DNA of 64,000 bases from the human T2T-CHM13v2.0 reference genome, Homo sapiens (GCF_009914755.1 NC_060945.1); one strand, 5' to 3'; counted from the first letter of the stretch, positions 40,829 through 56,063 are shown. A program made the numbers and translations. The notes: generated by a model from the sequence alone, not told the origin.

Positions 40829-41184
40829 TGATATGGTTTGGCTGTGTCCCCACCCAAATCTCATCTTGAATTCCTACGTGTTGTGGGAGGGACCCTGTGG
40901 GAGGTAATTGAATCATGGGGGAGGTCTTTCCTGTGCTGTTCTTGTGATAGTGAATAAGTCTCATGAGATCTGATGGTTTTTAAATGAGGAGTTCCCCTGC
41001 ACAAGCTCTCTGTTTTTGCCTGCTGCCATCCATGTAAGATGTGACTTGCTCTTCCTTGCCTTCCGCCATGACTGTGAGGCTTCCCCAGCCACATGAAAGT
41101 GTAAGTCCAACAAATCTCTTTCTTTTGTAAATTGCCCAGTCTTGTGTATGTCTTTTATCAGCAGCATGAACATGGACTAATACA
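40829..41184 (+). mobile_element. THE1 solo LTR nested in an older MLT1
   Basis: TGATATGG...CTAATACA; TSD CTCGG/CTGGG. Confidence 0.93.
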
Positions 41185-42779
41185 CTGGGTGATCAGTTGG
41201 TCATCACATTCTTTGTAGATTTCCTTCTTCTTGCTGCAGCCACCAGCTGGGCAGGGAGAGGATATTGAGAACAAATTTCATGCTGAGGATGGCAGAGGAG
41301 AAAGATGAAAGGAGTCTAGGCCTGTATATCTCAACTTCTTTGTGCAGGAGAGTAACGCCTTACATGCATTAATCTGTTATTTGAGGTTTCCTTTATATGC
41401 GTTTGGATTGTCTGTGGCTGCAACGAATCCTGATACAATACAAAGTATTTACACCCTAGAGAGCTGTGCTAAAGAACCTATTTGCCATCTCATCGTGCTG
41501 GCAAATGACACACAACGTTCAGTAAAACTCAAGCGGATGCTATTCTGTTCTCTGCTAAATGTGCCTGATTTATCCATTGTGATGTCCTGCCATTCCAGAT
41601 AGAGATCAGGATTCCCTTGCCCCATGGCTCTGCTACAGAGTCTGCCTTGCCCATCTGGCATGTAAAACCCTGAAATGTAAAACTCTGCTGTTTGTAGGAG
41701 TGCCAAGATGTTTAAACATATTTTAGATATTTTTTGGAAAGTTGTAAAACGTGGCTAATGTAGGAAATGGTAGCAGTTCATAAACACTACTTATTGTTCA
41801 TCACTTCAGATGTCACTAGGCTTATGTAAATGAAACCGAGATATTTTTCTTTTTTCTGTGTGAAGTCAAGCCCATTTTTTCTTCTAACATTATAGACATC
41901 CCAGAGTGGTTATCAGCATTTGAAAGCAGCAGGGCCTCTTTCTTCTTCTTGGATTTGGTTAAAACAAAAGGGCTACGGACAGTCTTGAAATGTGAACCAA
42001 AACCCCATGTTTTTAAACACCTCAGCAAATCCGAATGAAGACAAGTTTCCTCCTTCAGGGACAAAGCAGGGTTCAGTCTATAAAACCTGACTTTGAAGCA
42101 GATGACAACTTTTCCCACAGGTGGTGCACAAGTACTTCTAGGAAACACAAACACCTAATTTTGATCTTATTTATTAGGATTTTATTTTAATGTGGATCTG
42201 GAAAAAAAACTAGCACATCATGCTCATAATTATACGGATCTTACTGCTTAGGAGGAGGCCTAATTAATTGTGTGCAATTAACAGCCGTTAATTGTGTTTT
42301 AGAGATCAAGTTAAAGAATAATCCTTGGTAAATCTTGGCTGCGGGTGACTGATGGAAGTTTCAGAGGCTGGACTGGAAGATGAAACTGGGGCAAGATGTT
42401 ACACAGCATGGCCTCAGGAACCTGAGCTCCAGCAACCTGCGGGTCCCAATGGAGGCGAAGTCAAGGAGCGTCTCAGAGAGTGGTTGATGTGTGAAGTCTC
42501 TGTCTGCCCATCTGAATAACAAGAGATGGGGCTTGTGATTTTCCTCCACGGTATGTTGTCTGGTTCCTAATCCCCTCTCATTACTGTCAGTTTTAACTGT
42601 GTGTGGGTCTATGTGTGTTCACCTCTCATGGGCAGGGTGGCAGAACTCGCTAGGGTAGGAGGAGAGACCACGAAGTCAGACCTTGATTCCTGTGTGGACT
42701 TTGAAAGAGTTTTCTCCATGATTTAGCCTGTGGATTTCAGCATTTTGAAAAATTAACCAGAAATTCAGAAATTAGATGG

Positions 42780-45165
42780 AGACCTCTAGTGGAGGCCTGG
42801 GAGAAGAAAGATTGGAAGATTGGAGTCTACAAAGGCTGGGATAGTGGCATGTGGATGGGCTGCTTGGAGTGCGCAGAAGACACGCAGGCCTCTGTCTCAT
42901 GTCGGGGTCCACCAGGGCCTCTGGGTGCCGCATCCGGTGGTGTTAGCTGGCCTCTCTCCTCAGTCACCAGTGCTCAGGCAGTGGCTGTGGATGGAGGAGC
43001 CAAGATGGCAGGGCAGGGTGGAGGCGGTGCATGCCCCTCACCAAGGCTGATGTAGCTGCTGCCTCCACTGTGTCTGTCCTACGCTTCTAGCCCTGGGGGA
43101 CCAGCAAACACTTGATAGCAGGTTGATTACATCTGGCCCCTTCAATTGCAGCTGGAGGTGATTTTCCCTTACTGGAATTGACACCTGCTGCTAATACAGA
43201 TTTGCCTTTTCTGCCTGTTCTCCTGCCAGCACCCCTACCTGAGGGCCTCCAGGAGGAATGACATCTCAAACAGAAACCTGCATAACATCAGCCCAAACCA
43301 AGGACCCATTTTATCATCAAAGAGGTGTGCCATGAATGCATGACTGTGGGATCCACTGCTTTGACCACATATGGATGACTTGGAAGCTGCCAGCCTACAT
43401 GAACAATGGAAAGGCCATTGATGGCTCAGCAAAGTTGCCAGCTGAGGGCCAATGCTCCCCAGGGTTGGCCTCGAGGGTGGCCACAGTGCTGTAACAACAG
43501 CCAGTGTGGTGCTGAACCTGCAGCCTACCTATGATGCTTTGACACCAATTGTCAGGACACACGGGTCTGGAAACCAAATCTTGGAAGTAGGATTGGTTGC
43601 TTTCCGTGTAACTCCTAGTGACCCACTAGTAGAATTTTGCTTCCTATCCCTGAGAACTTATATTCCACAGGACTAGAGATCCTGGTTCCTGGGATGAAGC
43701 AGGGCAGCTTCTGCTGAGGTTCACAGTAAAGGTTCTGTTGAACCCAAATATGACTATCACTGGGTCCCTTTGGGCCCACTAGTGGACGAGCAGGCAAAGA
43801 AAGAAGTTACTCCACCATCAGGGGACAGATAATTCCAGCTCTCAATGGGGCTATGGTTGCTACCAGGGGACTGAAACACAGCTGAGACTGAGGAGATTGT
43901 CGGTGGCTTCTTCTGGTGCTTCCAAGTCTGGGGATAATGATGACTGGGCAGCCATCAGAGCCTGATAAACACAAGGCAACCAAGAGCTCAGACCCTGAGC
44001 GGTGAAAAGGCCAGCCAGTGCTCAGGCAGGTCACCCAGACCATCATAAGCGCTGATAGAAATCTAGGACGTGCGGTGGAGGAGGGAGATGACACGTCCCA
44101 ACCATGGTCCCTGGTTAGCTGCAGGTGGCGTGTCCACCACGCCTTCTCTTTGGAGTCATTTGGAGATGGTGGCTGGCCACGATCTTGCAGGCTTAGTGAC
44201 AGAACAATCTGAGAAGAACGAGGGGGGGAGCTGCTGCAGACCCATGTGGTGCTCTGCCTCATGCCCTCTCAGCCTAACCTCTAATTTCAGCAGAGATGGG
44301 GTGTGTTTCTGTTCCGTGGTTAAGTCGCTGCATGCTCACAGAGGCTTACTTCAAGCACGGGCTGCAAGGTTTTACTTTCTTCATCAGGATTCCTCTCATG
44401 CCACGAATGGGGAAAGTTCACAGTTGTTGGAGCTGATATTCCTAGAGAAAAATGCTGGTAAGTAAAGGCTCATATCTCCTGTTTTTCTTGGGGGGACTGT
44501 TCTAGAGCCTTCTGTGCCCTTCTCAGTATGTCTAAGCAGAATGGAGCGCCCATTGTTCACAGCAGTTTCCTTGGCAATATTGTTGCTTTTTCCTCCCCAG
44601 TCTCACTGTTACAGGTTGAATTGTGTCCCCAAAAAGATATGTTCACGTCCCAACCCTTGGTATCTGGGAATATGACCTTATTTGCAAATAGGGTCTCTGC
44701 AGATGTAATCAACTTAAGCTGAGGTTAGGCTGGATTAGGGTGGGCCCTTAATCCAGTATGACTGGTGTCCTTATAAAAAGACAATGTGAAGATATGTTGG
44801 GAAAAGACTGTGTGATGGTCAGACAGAGACAGGGATTGGAGTGATGCAGCTTCAAGCCAAGGAGCGCCAAGGTTGACAACAAATACCTGAGCCAGGAAGA
44901 GGCCAGGAAGGATTCCCTCCTACATTTTTCAGAGGGAGCCTGGCCTTCCCACATCTTGATCTTGGACTCCCAACCTCCAGAAATGTGAGAGAACAAGTTT
45001 CTGTTGTTTGAGCTGCCCAGTGGTGGTCATGGCAGCCTCAGGAGATGACGCACTCGCTCTTTCTGCTTCCTCTCTCGTGCTCCCGGGGTGACCTCTCCAA
45101 TAAACTGCCTGGTCACAATCCATTTTTCCAGAGTTTTCTTTATTAGAAACCCAAGCTAGGATAAC
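42780..45165 (+). mobile_element. Decayed ERV-L internal region (RNase H/integrase) plus 3' LTR16/33-like LTR, split by an MLT1 LTR
   Basis: 43345-43420 resembles the ERV-L IN motif GIHW..H..HPEAAGLIERWNG; LTR end AATAAAC...AACCCAAGCTAGGATA. Confidence 0.6.
44607..45045 (+). mobile_element. MLT1C-type LTR
   Basis: TGTTACAGGTTGAATTGTGTCCCCAAAAAGATATGTT start. Confidence 0.85.
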
Positions 45166-46441
45166 CTCTACGCTGTGCAAAGAGGGAGACACTGCTGTCT
45201 AAATGAGACTTTAGTTTTTGAATGAACTCTTTTTTTGGTGATACAGTTAATCATAATTCCATTTACCATTTTCTGACCGCCTATTATGTGCCTGGCACTT
45301 TACAAACATATCAAGTCTAATCTAGTATCATCCCATGTGGTAGCTGCTATTATCCTATTTTATAGAAGGGAAACTGAGTCTGATGGAGGTTGGGAGACTT
45401 GCACTATTTGTGACCCCAAATCTACATTCTTTCTAAATACCTAGGACCCAATCTTTGCCCAATAATTTACTTTCTCTGTAGGTTCCAACTTTTCTTTATG
45501 TATCCACCTGGATTAGTTGATATCTAGGTTTGGCTGCTGTGACAAAGACCAAAATATGAGTGACTTAAACAAGATGGACGTGTATTTCTCTTTACAGAAA
45601 GCTACATATGGGGCAGTCCTGCTCCTCAGGGCCCACAGAAGCTCAGATTCCTCCTGTCTACTTGCTCTGCCAAGTGTTGTTTTTGGTGGCTTAACGCCAC
45701 TTCCACTCTCCAGCCAGTAGAAAGGTGAGAAAAGCGAAAGAGAAGAACAGAATTCTCTTCACTGCAGGATCTCCTTACATCCCACTGATCAGAATTTCCA
45801 CCATGACCATGCCTAGATTCAAGGGGTGAGGTGAGGGGAGGAGCTGGGAAATGCAGTCTGCATTCTGTGCCCAGCTAAAATGTAGGGATGCGGTTGCCAT
45901 AGAATCGGGGAAAGTGGATATGGGGGCATGGCAGCTGGTGCTCACGGGGCACTCTTTGCCTTTGACAGTGGATCAGGCATTATGCAGAGCACGAAGAGGA
46001 GCACATTGTAGTCTCTGACTTCAGAAGAAGCAGACAGCAAAGGTGGTTTCCTTCCTGGTGGAGATTGCCGATTGGACTACAGAATGGCGAGAATACTGTG
46101 AAAGGAGGAGCATAGAAATCCAAGTGTGATCAGTCAGCAGGTCTTGGCCAGGAGCATACACAGAATAAACAAATAAATAAGTAAAGAGAGGAAGGGGAAG
46201 TAATGTTAAGACTGTTCAAGACTTGGAATACAGCTCTCCTAAAAAGCAGTCCTTTGAAGTCTTGGGATACTACAGAAAGATCCCAACAACCACTGAGCCT
46301 GGTTTCGATTTTTGGAGGAAACACACCAGGTGAATAAAGCAGTGTGACGTGAGAGAAAAGAGGGCGGCAAAGGTGAATGGGATCCCAGCCTTTCAAGGAC
46401 TTGGGCAGAGCAACTGGAGGAGGTGTGAGTCCAGCCAACAG

Positions 46442-46937
46442 TGTGGATCAGTTTCCTAGGCTGCCATAACAAAGCACCATAACCTGGTGGCTTAGAACAA
46501 TGGAAAGGCATTTGCTCACGGTTCCAGAAGCTGTAGGTTAGAAACTAAGTGTGGCAGGGTCATGGCCCCTCTGAAACCTAGGAGGGAAGGATGCTTCCCT
46601 GCTTCTTCCTGCTTCTGCTATCCCCTGATGTTCCTGGGTTAGTGGCAGCATAATTCTGGCCTCTGCCTCTGTCTTAACGTGGTGTTTTTTCCTGTGTCTC
46701 TTCATATTGCCTTTTGTCTCTGTGCCTCTACCTCTGAGTCCAAATTGCCCCTTTTTATAAGGACAATCACATTGTCCTTAGTCACATTGGATTGGATTAG
46801 GGCCCACTATACAGACCTTGTTTTAACTTGATTCTTCTATCAAGACCCTGAGAATCTCCAAATAAGGCCACATTCTGAGGAACTGTGGGTTTGGACTTCA
46901 ACATGTCTTTTTTGGGGGCCACAACTCAACCCATACC
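46442..46937 (-). mobile_element. MLT1B/C-type LTR
   Basis: TTTCCTAGGGCTGCCATAACAAAG...CACAACTCAACCCATACCA. Confidence 0.8.
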
Positions 46938-47633
46938 AGCTTGCTTGATGGATATTCATAGCTGATGTCAAAGTAAATTTAATTCTCATCCTCAGAAGCA
47001 AGAAAGATTCCACGACTAAGGCCAACAATAACATCCAGGGAGTTCGTTTCTTGAGCAACGACCAGCTCTTTGCATAGCACGAATTGCCAAAAAAGGCCAG
47101 CGTAGTCATTTCTCGGCCATGCACACCTGTGATGTGGCAAGCCATGTTGACGTGCCAAAAATGAGAATTCTCCAGTAAAAATAAAATAGAGTAAATTAGA
47201 TAATAATGTTCCGAAGGCAATTTATACTTTTCTGTGCTTTGGGATTCATTTTCAAAACATGTTTCATTTGTCTTTGAAAATCGAAGTTCACGTTCAAGGC
47301 CCCTTTGAGTTTGCTTTTTGTCCAACTATTCGGGCATGCAATAGTCACTAATGGGAACTCCTGGCTTAGAGCCAAGAAACCAACAAAAGGCCCCAAAATG
47401 AATGCTTTAAAAGACTGTGCATGTTTTAAAGGCCTCTCGCCTATCAGCAAGCACCACTGTTTCTCCATGGACAAACCAGAGTGTCCTGACAAGGTCTCCT
47501 GTCCCCTGGCAGACAGCTGACACCCGAGGCCCATCAGGCTGGGAGCTTGCTTGTCTGGAATGTCTTTGAATGCATGGGCTATCCTTTCCCACTCCCCCAT
47601 AGCCTCCCCTATCAGCCAAAGTAATTTGAAGAT

Positions 47634-48735
47634 GTGGTGGTGTTATAAGATAATCTAGGATAATCTCCCAATTCTTGCACACTTCTCTGTTGAGAGGTCG
47701 GTTTATCGCTTCTTGCACACTTCTCTGTTGAGAGGTCGGTTTATCGCAGTTTGTTTTTAGGTCTATTAAGAGGTCTAAGTCCCCTCTCCCTGAATCTGAA
47801 CCCTGTGAGTGCGTGGCTGATAGAGCACCTTGGGTGTGGCTGTGGTATAAGTCCTGAGGATGCATGTCCTTCCATATTCCCTTCTCTTTGAGTGTGGGAG
47901 AGTCTGGGAATGCTGCGCTATTACTCTTGTGATTTAGAGCAAAAGGGATATGATTTGAGTGGGCCTAGTCTAATCACATGGACTTTTTAAAAGCAGAGTT
48001 TTTCCTCCGGCTAGCAGCAAACAAGGAAGTCTGAGATTTGAAGCAGGAGGAGAATAGGGTGCATTGTTGCTGCCTTTGAAAATGGAGGGGCCACATGCCA
48101 ACCAGTGCAAGTAGCTTTTAGAAGCTGAGAAGAGCCCCTAAGTGAATTCAGCTCACAAACTGAATGAGCTTGGAAGTGGAATCGTTCTCAGAGCTTCCAG
48201 AAAAGGACTCATCTGTCTAACACCTTGATGTTGGCCTTATGAGACCCTACCTAAGAAGAGAACCCAGTCAAACCTTCCCAGGCTTTTATGGAACTGAGAG
48301 ATAATAAATAGGTATAGTTTTAAGGCATGAAATTTGTAATAGTTTGTTATTTGCCAATGGAAAACTAATAGAGTGACACTGTGCCCAATTCTAGGTTCGG
48401 GCTGCAAAAGACTTGTAGCTTTTATTTGTTTCTTGGGGCATTTGCTCCCGGAATCCAGCAGCCATGCTGTGAGGAAGCCCAAGCAGCCCCACAGAGAGGT
48501 CCATGTCAAAGAGAGTAAGACCCTCAGCCCAGCCAGAACCAAGCTCCTAGTCAATGGCCAGGACTGACTTTCCAGCTTTGTGAATGAGCCACCCTGAAAG
48601 TGAATCCTATAGCCCCAGCTGATCTGTTCCAGCTGACCCATGTGAAGCAGGACAGGACATTACCACTGAGCCCTGCCCAGATTGCAAAATAAATGGTTGT
48701 TCTTATTTGAAATCACTAATTTTTGGGGTGGTTTA
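47634..48735 (+). mobile_element. Nested MLT1 LTRs (MLT1F-like host with an MLT1E-like insert)
   Basis: MaLR motifs GCCATGCTGTGAGGAAGCCCAAGCAGCCC; inner LTR ends GAAAACTAATAGA. Confidence 0.65.
47672..47747. repeat. Perfect 38-bp tandem duplication
   Basis: TTCTTGCACACTTCTCTGTTGAGAGGTCGGTTTATCGC x2. Confidence 0.97.
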
Positions 48736-49195
48736 AATAGAGGGCAAATTTTCTGCTGCTCATCCTCATACCAAAATTGCTAATTATGTCTCTAGTAATA
48801 TGGTTGATGTCCAGGATAACTTAAATGAGACCATTAAGTGACAATGTGACATTCCTATCCAAGGGGAAAAACAGCTCTTGCAACCGTAAGTACACATTGT
48901 TCTAACCTGCTTTCTTCATAGGATTTTGTGAATCAAGGACTGCAATGGACAGAGAATGTTTTGCAAATTCTTAGATATAGGGGGATTTATCAACTTTGTA
49001 CCCAAATATACCACCCTTATGAAAATGACAATAAGCATTGCTGTTGAAGGTGTGATGAAATAAGCTATCTCTGACACAAAACGTGGGATTGTAAATTGGC
49101 ATAGTTCTGGAAACTAATTTAACTCTATCAATAATTTTAAAGTGAGAAATGTTTTGACATATAATTCTAATTAAAAGAGTTAAAGAATATAGTTA

Positions 49196-49554
<359 letters not shown>

Positions 49555-50049
49555 AAGATATAGTACCAAAGACAAAATAAAAGAAAACAATAACCCTCTA
49601 TGCATACATAAATTCATCTCAGTATTATTTGCAATATTGAAAAATGGCAAACGACATAATGCTTAAGCACATGGGTATTCTTATGATGTATTTAAAATGA
49701 TTTTATGTTTTGTATCATAAATGTAGCATATTATTATGAAGCCATTAAAGCAATGTTCATGAATGGTTTTTAATGGATATGTAACAATGTTTATAATGTA
49801 GTGTTAAATTAAAAAGGATATAAAATTATATATACAAATTATATTCTACTATATAATACATGAAAGTACACATAGGTGTCCAAGTAAAATGCTTCTAATA
49901 GCGAAAGTGGTGCAACTTAGTGTTTAATAATAGTTCTTTAAATAATTGGCAGTACATCCATAAAACATAATATTGTTTAGTGACTTAAAATTATTTCATA
50001 ATAATACAGAAACTTATGGAAAAACATTTAGGCTACTTGGTTAAGTGGT

Positions 50050-50535
50050 CATATTAGCCTCCCAGGGCTGCCTGGGAAGAGCTCCACAATTAGAAAGCTT
50101 AAAACAACAGAAATGCACTCTGCCACAGTACTGGGGGTCAGAAGTCTTGATTTCAGAAGTCTGATATTGAAGTATTGGCAGAGCCATGTTCCCTTTGACG
50201 GCTCTAGGGATGAATCTTCCTTGCCTCTTCCTGGTTTTTGGTGGTGGCTGGCAATTCCTGGCCTTCCCTGGCCATCGTTCTAATCTCTGCCTTTTTTGTT
50301 ACACAGCCTTCTCCCTATGTGTCTTCACAATGTCTGCCTTCCGTGAGTGCCTCTGTGACCAAATTTCTCTCTTCTTATAAGGATATCAGTCATATCGAAT
50401 TCGGGCCCACCATCCTCCAGTGTGATCTCACCTTCCTTTAATGAATTACATCTGCAATGACCCTGTTTCCAAATCAAGTCACATGCTGAGGTTCTGGGTA
50501 GACAAGAATTTTGGGTGAATACTATTCAACCTAGT
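50050..50535 (-). mobile_element. MLT1B/C-type LTR
   Basis: TCTTATAAGGATATCAGTCAT...TTACATCTGCAATGACCCTGTTTCCAAAT. Confidence 0.8.
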
Positions 50536-50607
50536 GGATGAAGTGAAAAAATAGATTTTCAATATGTAAAATTACTTTTACTACTTCAATACAAAGTTAA
50601 AAATGAT

Positions 50608-50985
<378 letters not shown>

Positions 50986-51330
50986 CTAAAAAATCCTCTG
51001 CGCTTCACCTATTTATCTCTCTCTCCTCTAGCTCCTGATAACCACTGATTTTTTTAAACTGACTCCATGGTAGCAATTGCATTTTTCAGAACTAATTCTA
51101 AGGGATTCATTAGGTGTATCCTTTTTGATTCAGTGATGCTGGTATTCGCCACCAATTGTAATGGTAGAAATTGAAAGCAACTGAATTTCGTCTGTGGGAA
51201 GCTACTTGTAAGTGATGTTATCAAATTGATGGGATTACACTTAGTCACTAAACATAATGTATTTACTGATAGGAAGCAAAGGTTTCTCATACATTAAGTC
51301 AATAACATCTGGTTGTCAAACAGCAGGTAA

Positions 51331-51651
<321 letters not shown>

Positions 51652-52981
51652 TAAAAAACAAATATATGCTATGCTGGTAACAGTGCTTGTGTCTGTACGA
51701 TGGTCTTATGAGTAATCTGTCTTAAAATTTTCCTCCTTTTTGCTTTCTTTTCCTAATTTTTCTATAATGACTGTGTATCACTTTTATAATAAAGAAAATC
51801 ATAAAAGTTAGTCATTAAAAATTCATAACGCTTAACTATGGGTGCTACTGAAATTACAAATAGTTGTTATTTTCTTCTTTATGTTGAGTCTAATAGAAAA
51901 CTGCTATTTGTATAGATTACAAAAAGTTAAATATTGGCCCTTTAATTTAACTTACTTTTAAAAATATTTTCTAAATATTCTACAGGAATCATATGCCTAA
52001 ATTCCTCATATACCTAAATTTTTGAAATTCCTCAAAAGCCTTTTGTTAAAGGATTTTAAAAAAGATAACATCATGGTTCTCATACAAATCTAAATAAATT
52101 CCTGCCAAGGATTTAAGTCATGAATGAAGGAATGGGCAAGATGTTACAAGAGATTCAATGGAGAACTCAAAGAACACGCATATATATGCCATCATGGACG
52201 CTGAAAAATTTACAAATAGAAGCAAAATTGGTCAATATCTGCAGGGCAAAAATCGATGACTTCTCCCCCAAAGTTCACTTGCATTTCCAGGTATACAAAC
52301 TATCTGCTTGCTCTCATCTTCCTACAGCTTAGAGTTGTAAATCCCTTAAGAGCAGCTCAGGCCCTATTAAATCAGATCACTCCACAATCTTCGCCCATTT
52401 CAACTTCTTTTTACAATTTTCCTGATGTTCCTTTTTACACCTGAAGATAAAAGGCAAACTCTTGACTGTGTGCTTGGGCCTGGCCCCTCTGTGGGCTCGT
52501 CTAAGACCACCCCTCACTCTCACTTCCTTGCATTCAGTATGTACCAGCCTCTTTTAACTTCCTAAGGGGTCCCAGGCCCCCTGGCACCCACCCTGCTGCC
52601 TCGATACCCATCATTCTCTCTGCCCCAAGAGGTGGTCCTCCCCACGCCCCCTCATCCTACCCACTTAATGCCTAAAATCTGCCCCTCACCTGAGTACAAA
52701 CCCCCTTTCCTCAGGGATTCCCAGGGCCTCTCTCCCTCCATCAACAGTTCCTTCAGGGCCTTGACTGCAATTTAAATTACAACATGAATATGTTTTATGC
52801 AAATCTAAACTTTGTGATTTTAAAATAGCATAGGCTAAAAATGTTAGTAAAGTCTCTCTTTATGCTTAAACTTTGAAATAATGCAAATCTCCCAAATTAC
52901 CAAACAAAACAAAACAAAACAAAACACACACCTCAAAGCAAAAGTCTCTCCCAGGACTGTACATTTTTAAAGCTGCATTTC

Positions 52982-53036
52982 AAAACCTGCACGTTGTGAA
53001 CATGTACCCTAGAACTTAAAGTATAATTTAAAAAAA
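52982..53036 (+). mobile_element. Extremely 5'-truncated young L1PA (~55 bp)
   Basis: AACCTGCACGTTGTGAACATGTACCCTAGAACTTAAAGTATAAT plus A tail; perfect 13-bp TSD AAAGCTGCATTTC; TT/AAAG endonuclease site. Confidence 0.93.
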
Positions 53037-53674
53037 AAAGCTGCATTTCCAAAGAGTGGTAAATAGGGCTTCCTCTCTTGCCCCAGTGTGGCCTCTCTGT
53101 AACTGGTCAATAGAAACAGTCCCGGCCCGGGGTCACCGGGTTGGGGACCCTGTACTTGCTATGGAACTTCCGAGAGTGGCTATTACTAAGGCATATGCAT
53201 TGATGTTGTAGCACTCATTGTTATCATAACTTAACATCTTCCAGAAGCTCTAACAATATTCTCCAGTAGTGGTGCTGAGGCTGAGGCTGAGGCCGGGCAT
53301 CTTGGTGAGGGGAGTCAGATGGGATCAGTGCTTTGCTGGCCAGCCCTCACAACTCCTGGTGCCGACTGACGCATGATGACAGAGGCCAAGAGATTACAAA
53401 GCACACAGGGCACAAATGCACTACCCTGACCTCAGATTTCTATTCCTATGGCACATTGTTCTGGAGTTATTTGAATTATGACTTATGCTAGGCCTGCAGA
53501 GACATGGCCCATGGATAAGATGCTACAACCCTGTGTATATTTGTGAGATTATTCGGCTAATATGTTGTCTCCCTGATCTGTCTGCTTTGTTCACCATTTT
53601 TCTTACCAGCTCCTAGTAGAAGGGAAAAAAATATTTCCTCTTGTTCGTGTGAAAAAAAAAAAAACCCCTCACCA

Positions 53675-54550
53675 CTCAATGTGCTTTTTCCTGTTCTCTC
53701 ATTCAACACCGTAACAACTAGCACAGACTTCTGGGTGGGGTTGGGGTTCTCCAACACAAATTGGCAGGGGTGGGGTTCTCCCCACCACCGAGCAAGCACT
53801 CAGCTCTGCACTGGACAGTGGCTGGGTGTCCTGCAATTCCATTCTGACATTTTCTACTTGGAGACAGCTCAGATCCCACAGGGCGAGGGCTCTGTTACAC
53901 AAGACAGACCCCCTGTACTTTCCCACCGATCTGCATGTCCAGGCCTCCAGAACTTCTGACCGACCGGCTTCAAGCTGGAGTTCCCACAATCCCTTCTTTT
54001 GGTTTAATCCATTTGCTAGAATGACTCTCAGGAAAACACTTGTTTATGTTTACCGGCTTATGATAAAGGATATTGCAACTCACACCATGAAGATGCGCAG
54101 GGCGAGGGATGTGGGAAGGGGGGCGGAGCTTCCATGCCTTCCCTGGGTGTGTGGCCCCCCAGGAACCTCCATGTGTTCCGGAGACGTCATTGGATATGTA
54201 TCGTTGCAGCGTGGACAGGTGTGTTGAAATGAGACTGGGCAAAAAGGGTTTGGTCTAAACCCAGCAGGGCCTGTCTGTTCACATTCTTTTGGCCTCTCTC
54301 TGCAGCATTCCTTCCTCCAAGGGATGCGGCAGGACCCTTTCTGGAATGAGGGCCTTATGACCCACAAACAGGCTAGAGTTCGGCTATGGGAAGGTGAAAG
54401 GAGAGTGGGAGTAGGTCAGAGAGAGAGATTCTGTTTACTCAAGAGAGTACGCAGAAGGGTGATGGGAGTTATGAGCCAGGAACCATGGGTGGAAACCTAT
54501 TGTGTGTATATATCTATGTCATCGATATCTATTTCTATCTATATATCACA
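53675..54550. mobile_element. MER21-type LTR
   Basis: GCTGGGTGTCCTGCAATTCCATTCTGACA...CAGATCCCACAGGG...TTATGAGCCAGGAACCATGG. Confidence 0.7.
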
Positions 54551-54578
54551 CTTCTACTCTCTTACATTCAGCAGCTGA

Positions 54579-54936
54579 TGCATTAGTCTGTTTTCATGCT
54601 GCTGATAAGGACATACCCAAGGCTGGGAAGAAACAGAGGTTTAATGGACTCACAGTTCCAGGGGGCTGGGGAGGCCTCATAATCATGACAGAAGGCAAAG
54701 GCACCTCTTTCATGGCAGTAGCAAGAAAGAATGAGAGAAGTGAAAGCGGAAACCCTTTTTAAAACCATCAGATCTTGTGAGACTTATTCACTACCATGAG
54801 AACAGTATGGGGGAAACCGCCCAACAGCCGCTTGATTCAATTAGCTCCCTCTGGGTCCTTCCCACAATACGCAGGAATTAACGGAGCTACAGTTCAAGAT
54901 GAGATTTAGGTGGGGACACAGAGCCAAACCATATCA
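54579..54936 (-). mobile_element. THE1 solo LTR
   Basis: TGCATTAGTC...AACCATATCA; TSD GCTGA/GCTGG. Confidence 0.92.
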
Positions 54937-55360
54937 GCTGGCAACTGTGAATTAAAGTGACAAAACATAGAGTCACAGGAGAAAAGGCATACACATTTTA
55001 CTTGATAATATTTTAATTTTTATGTGCGTGGAGGCCTTCAAAGAAAGTGGAGACCCAAACAAGTGGTTCGATTTGGGAGCTTAGATACCATTTTAGCAAA
55101 GGGCAATACACTGCGGAGAGGTGACAAAGGAAAAGGGGTTTGGGCTTCTAGGGGTGGACACTGGGCGAGTAGACACACAGGTGAAAGTTGTGAAAGATTG
55201 GGTCATTTTGCAAGGTTTAATCCATGCAGACTCATCTCGGTGCTGTCTCCTTCTCTGGTGATAGAGGTCGTTCTTATCTCCCTCATAGGAGGGATGAGGG
55301 TACATCTTCACAAGGGAAATTTATGCCCTCCTCTCTGGCAGATACGAGGAGGGCAGAAGC

Positions 55361-55698
<338 letters not shown>

Positions 55699-55732
55699 CT
55701 CTTTTTCTTTTTTTCTTCTGCTTTTTTTTTTT

Positions 55733-56063
55733 TGCAGTTGAAAGATTTAATAGAGTGAAATAGAGTGAAAATAGAGCTCCCATACAAAAGGAGGAGACCC
55801 AAAGGGGGTTGCCGTTGCTGGCTCGAATGCCTGGGTTTATATCCCAATCATTGTCCCTCTCACTGTTCTCTCAGGCAACAGATGATTGGTTATTTCTTTA
55901 TCTCCGTTTTTGCCTAATTAGCATTTTAGTGAGCTCTCCTTACTATCTGGTTGGGTGTGAGCTAAGTTGCAAGCCCCTTGTTTAAAGGTGGAAGTGGTCA
56001 CCTTCCCAGCTAGGCTTAGGGATTCTTAGTCAGCCTAGGAAATCCAGCTAGTCCTGTCTGTCA
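55733..56063 (-). promoter_or_regulatory. 3' LTR17 U3-R with TATA box and ATTAAA poly(A) signal
   Basis: TGACAGACAGGACTAGCTGGATTTCCTAGG start; GGGATATAAACCC; ATTAAA at 55751-55746; PPT GTTGAGAGAGAGGAC just upstream. Confidence 0.9.

Noticed and set aside
47672-47747. CRISPR-like repeat or NUMT
   Set aside because: Two directly adjacent copies with no spacer; only a superficial resemblance to mitochondrial 12S
53120-53152. MER1-like terminal repeat GGGGTTGGGGACCCTG in a CpG-containing patch
   Set aside because: No matching left TIR or internal sequence found; may be chance
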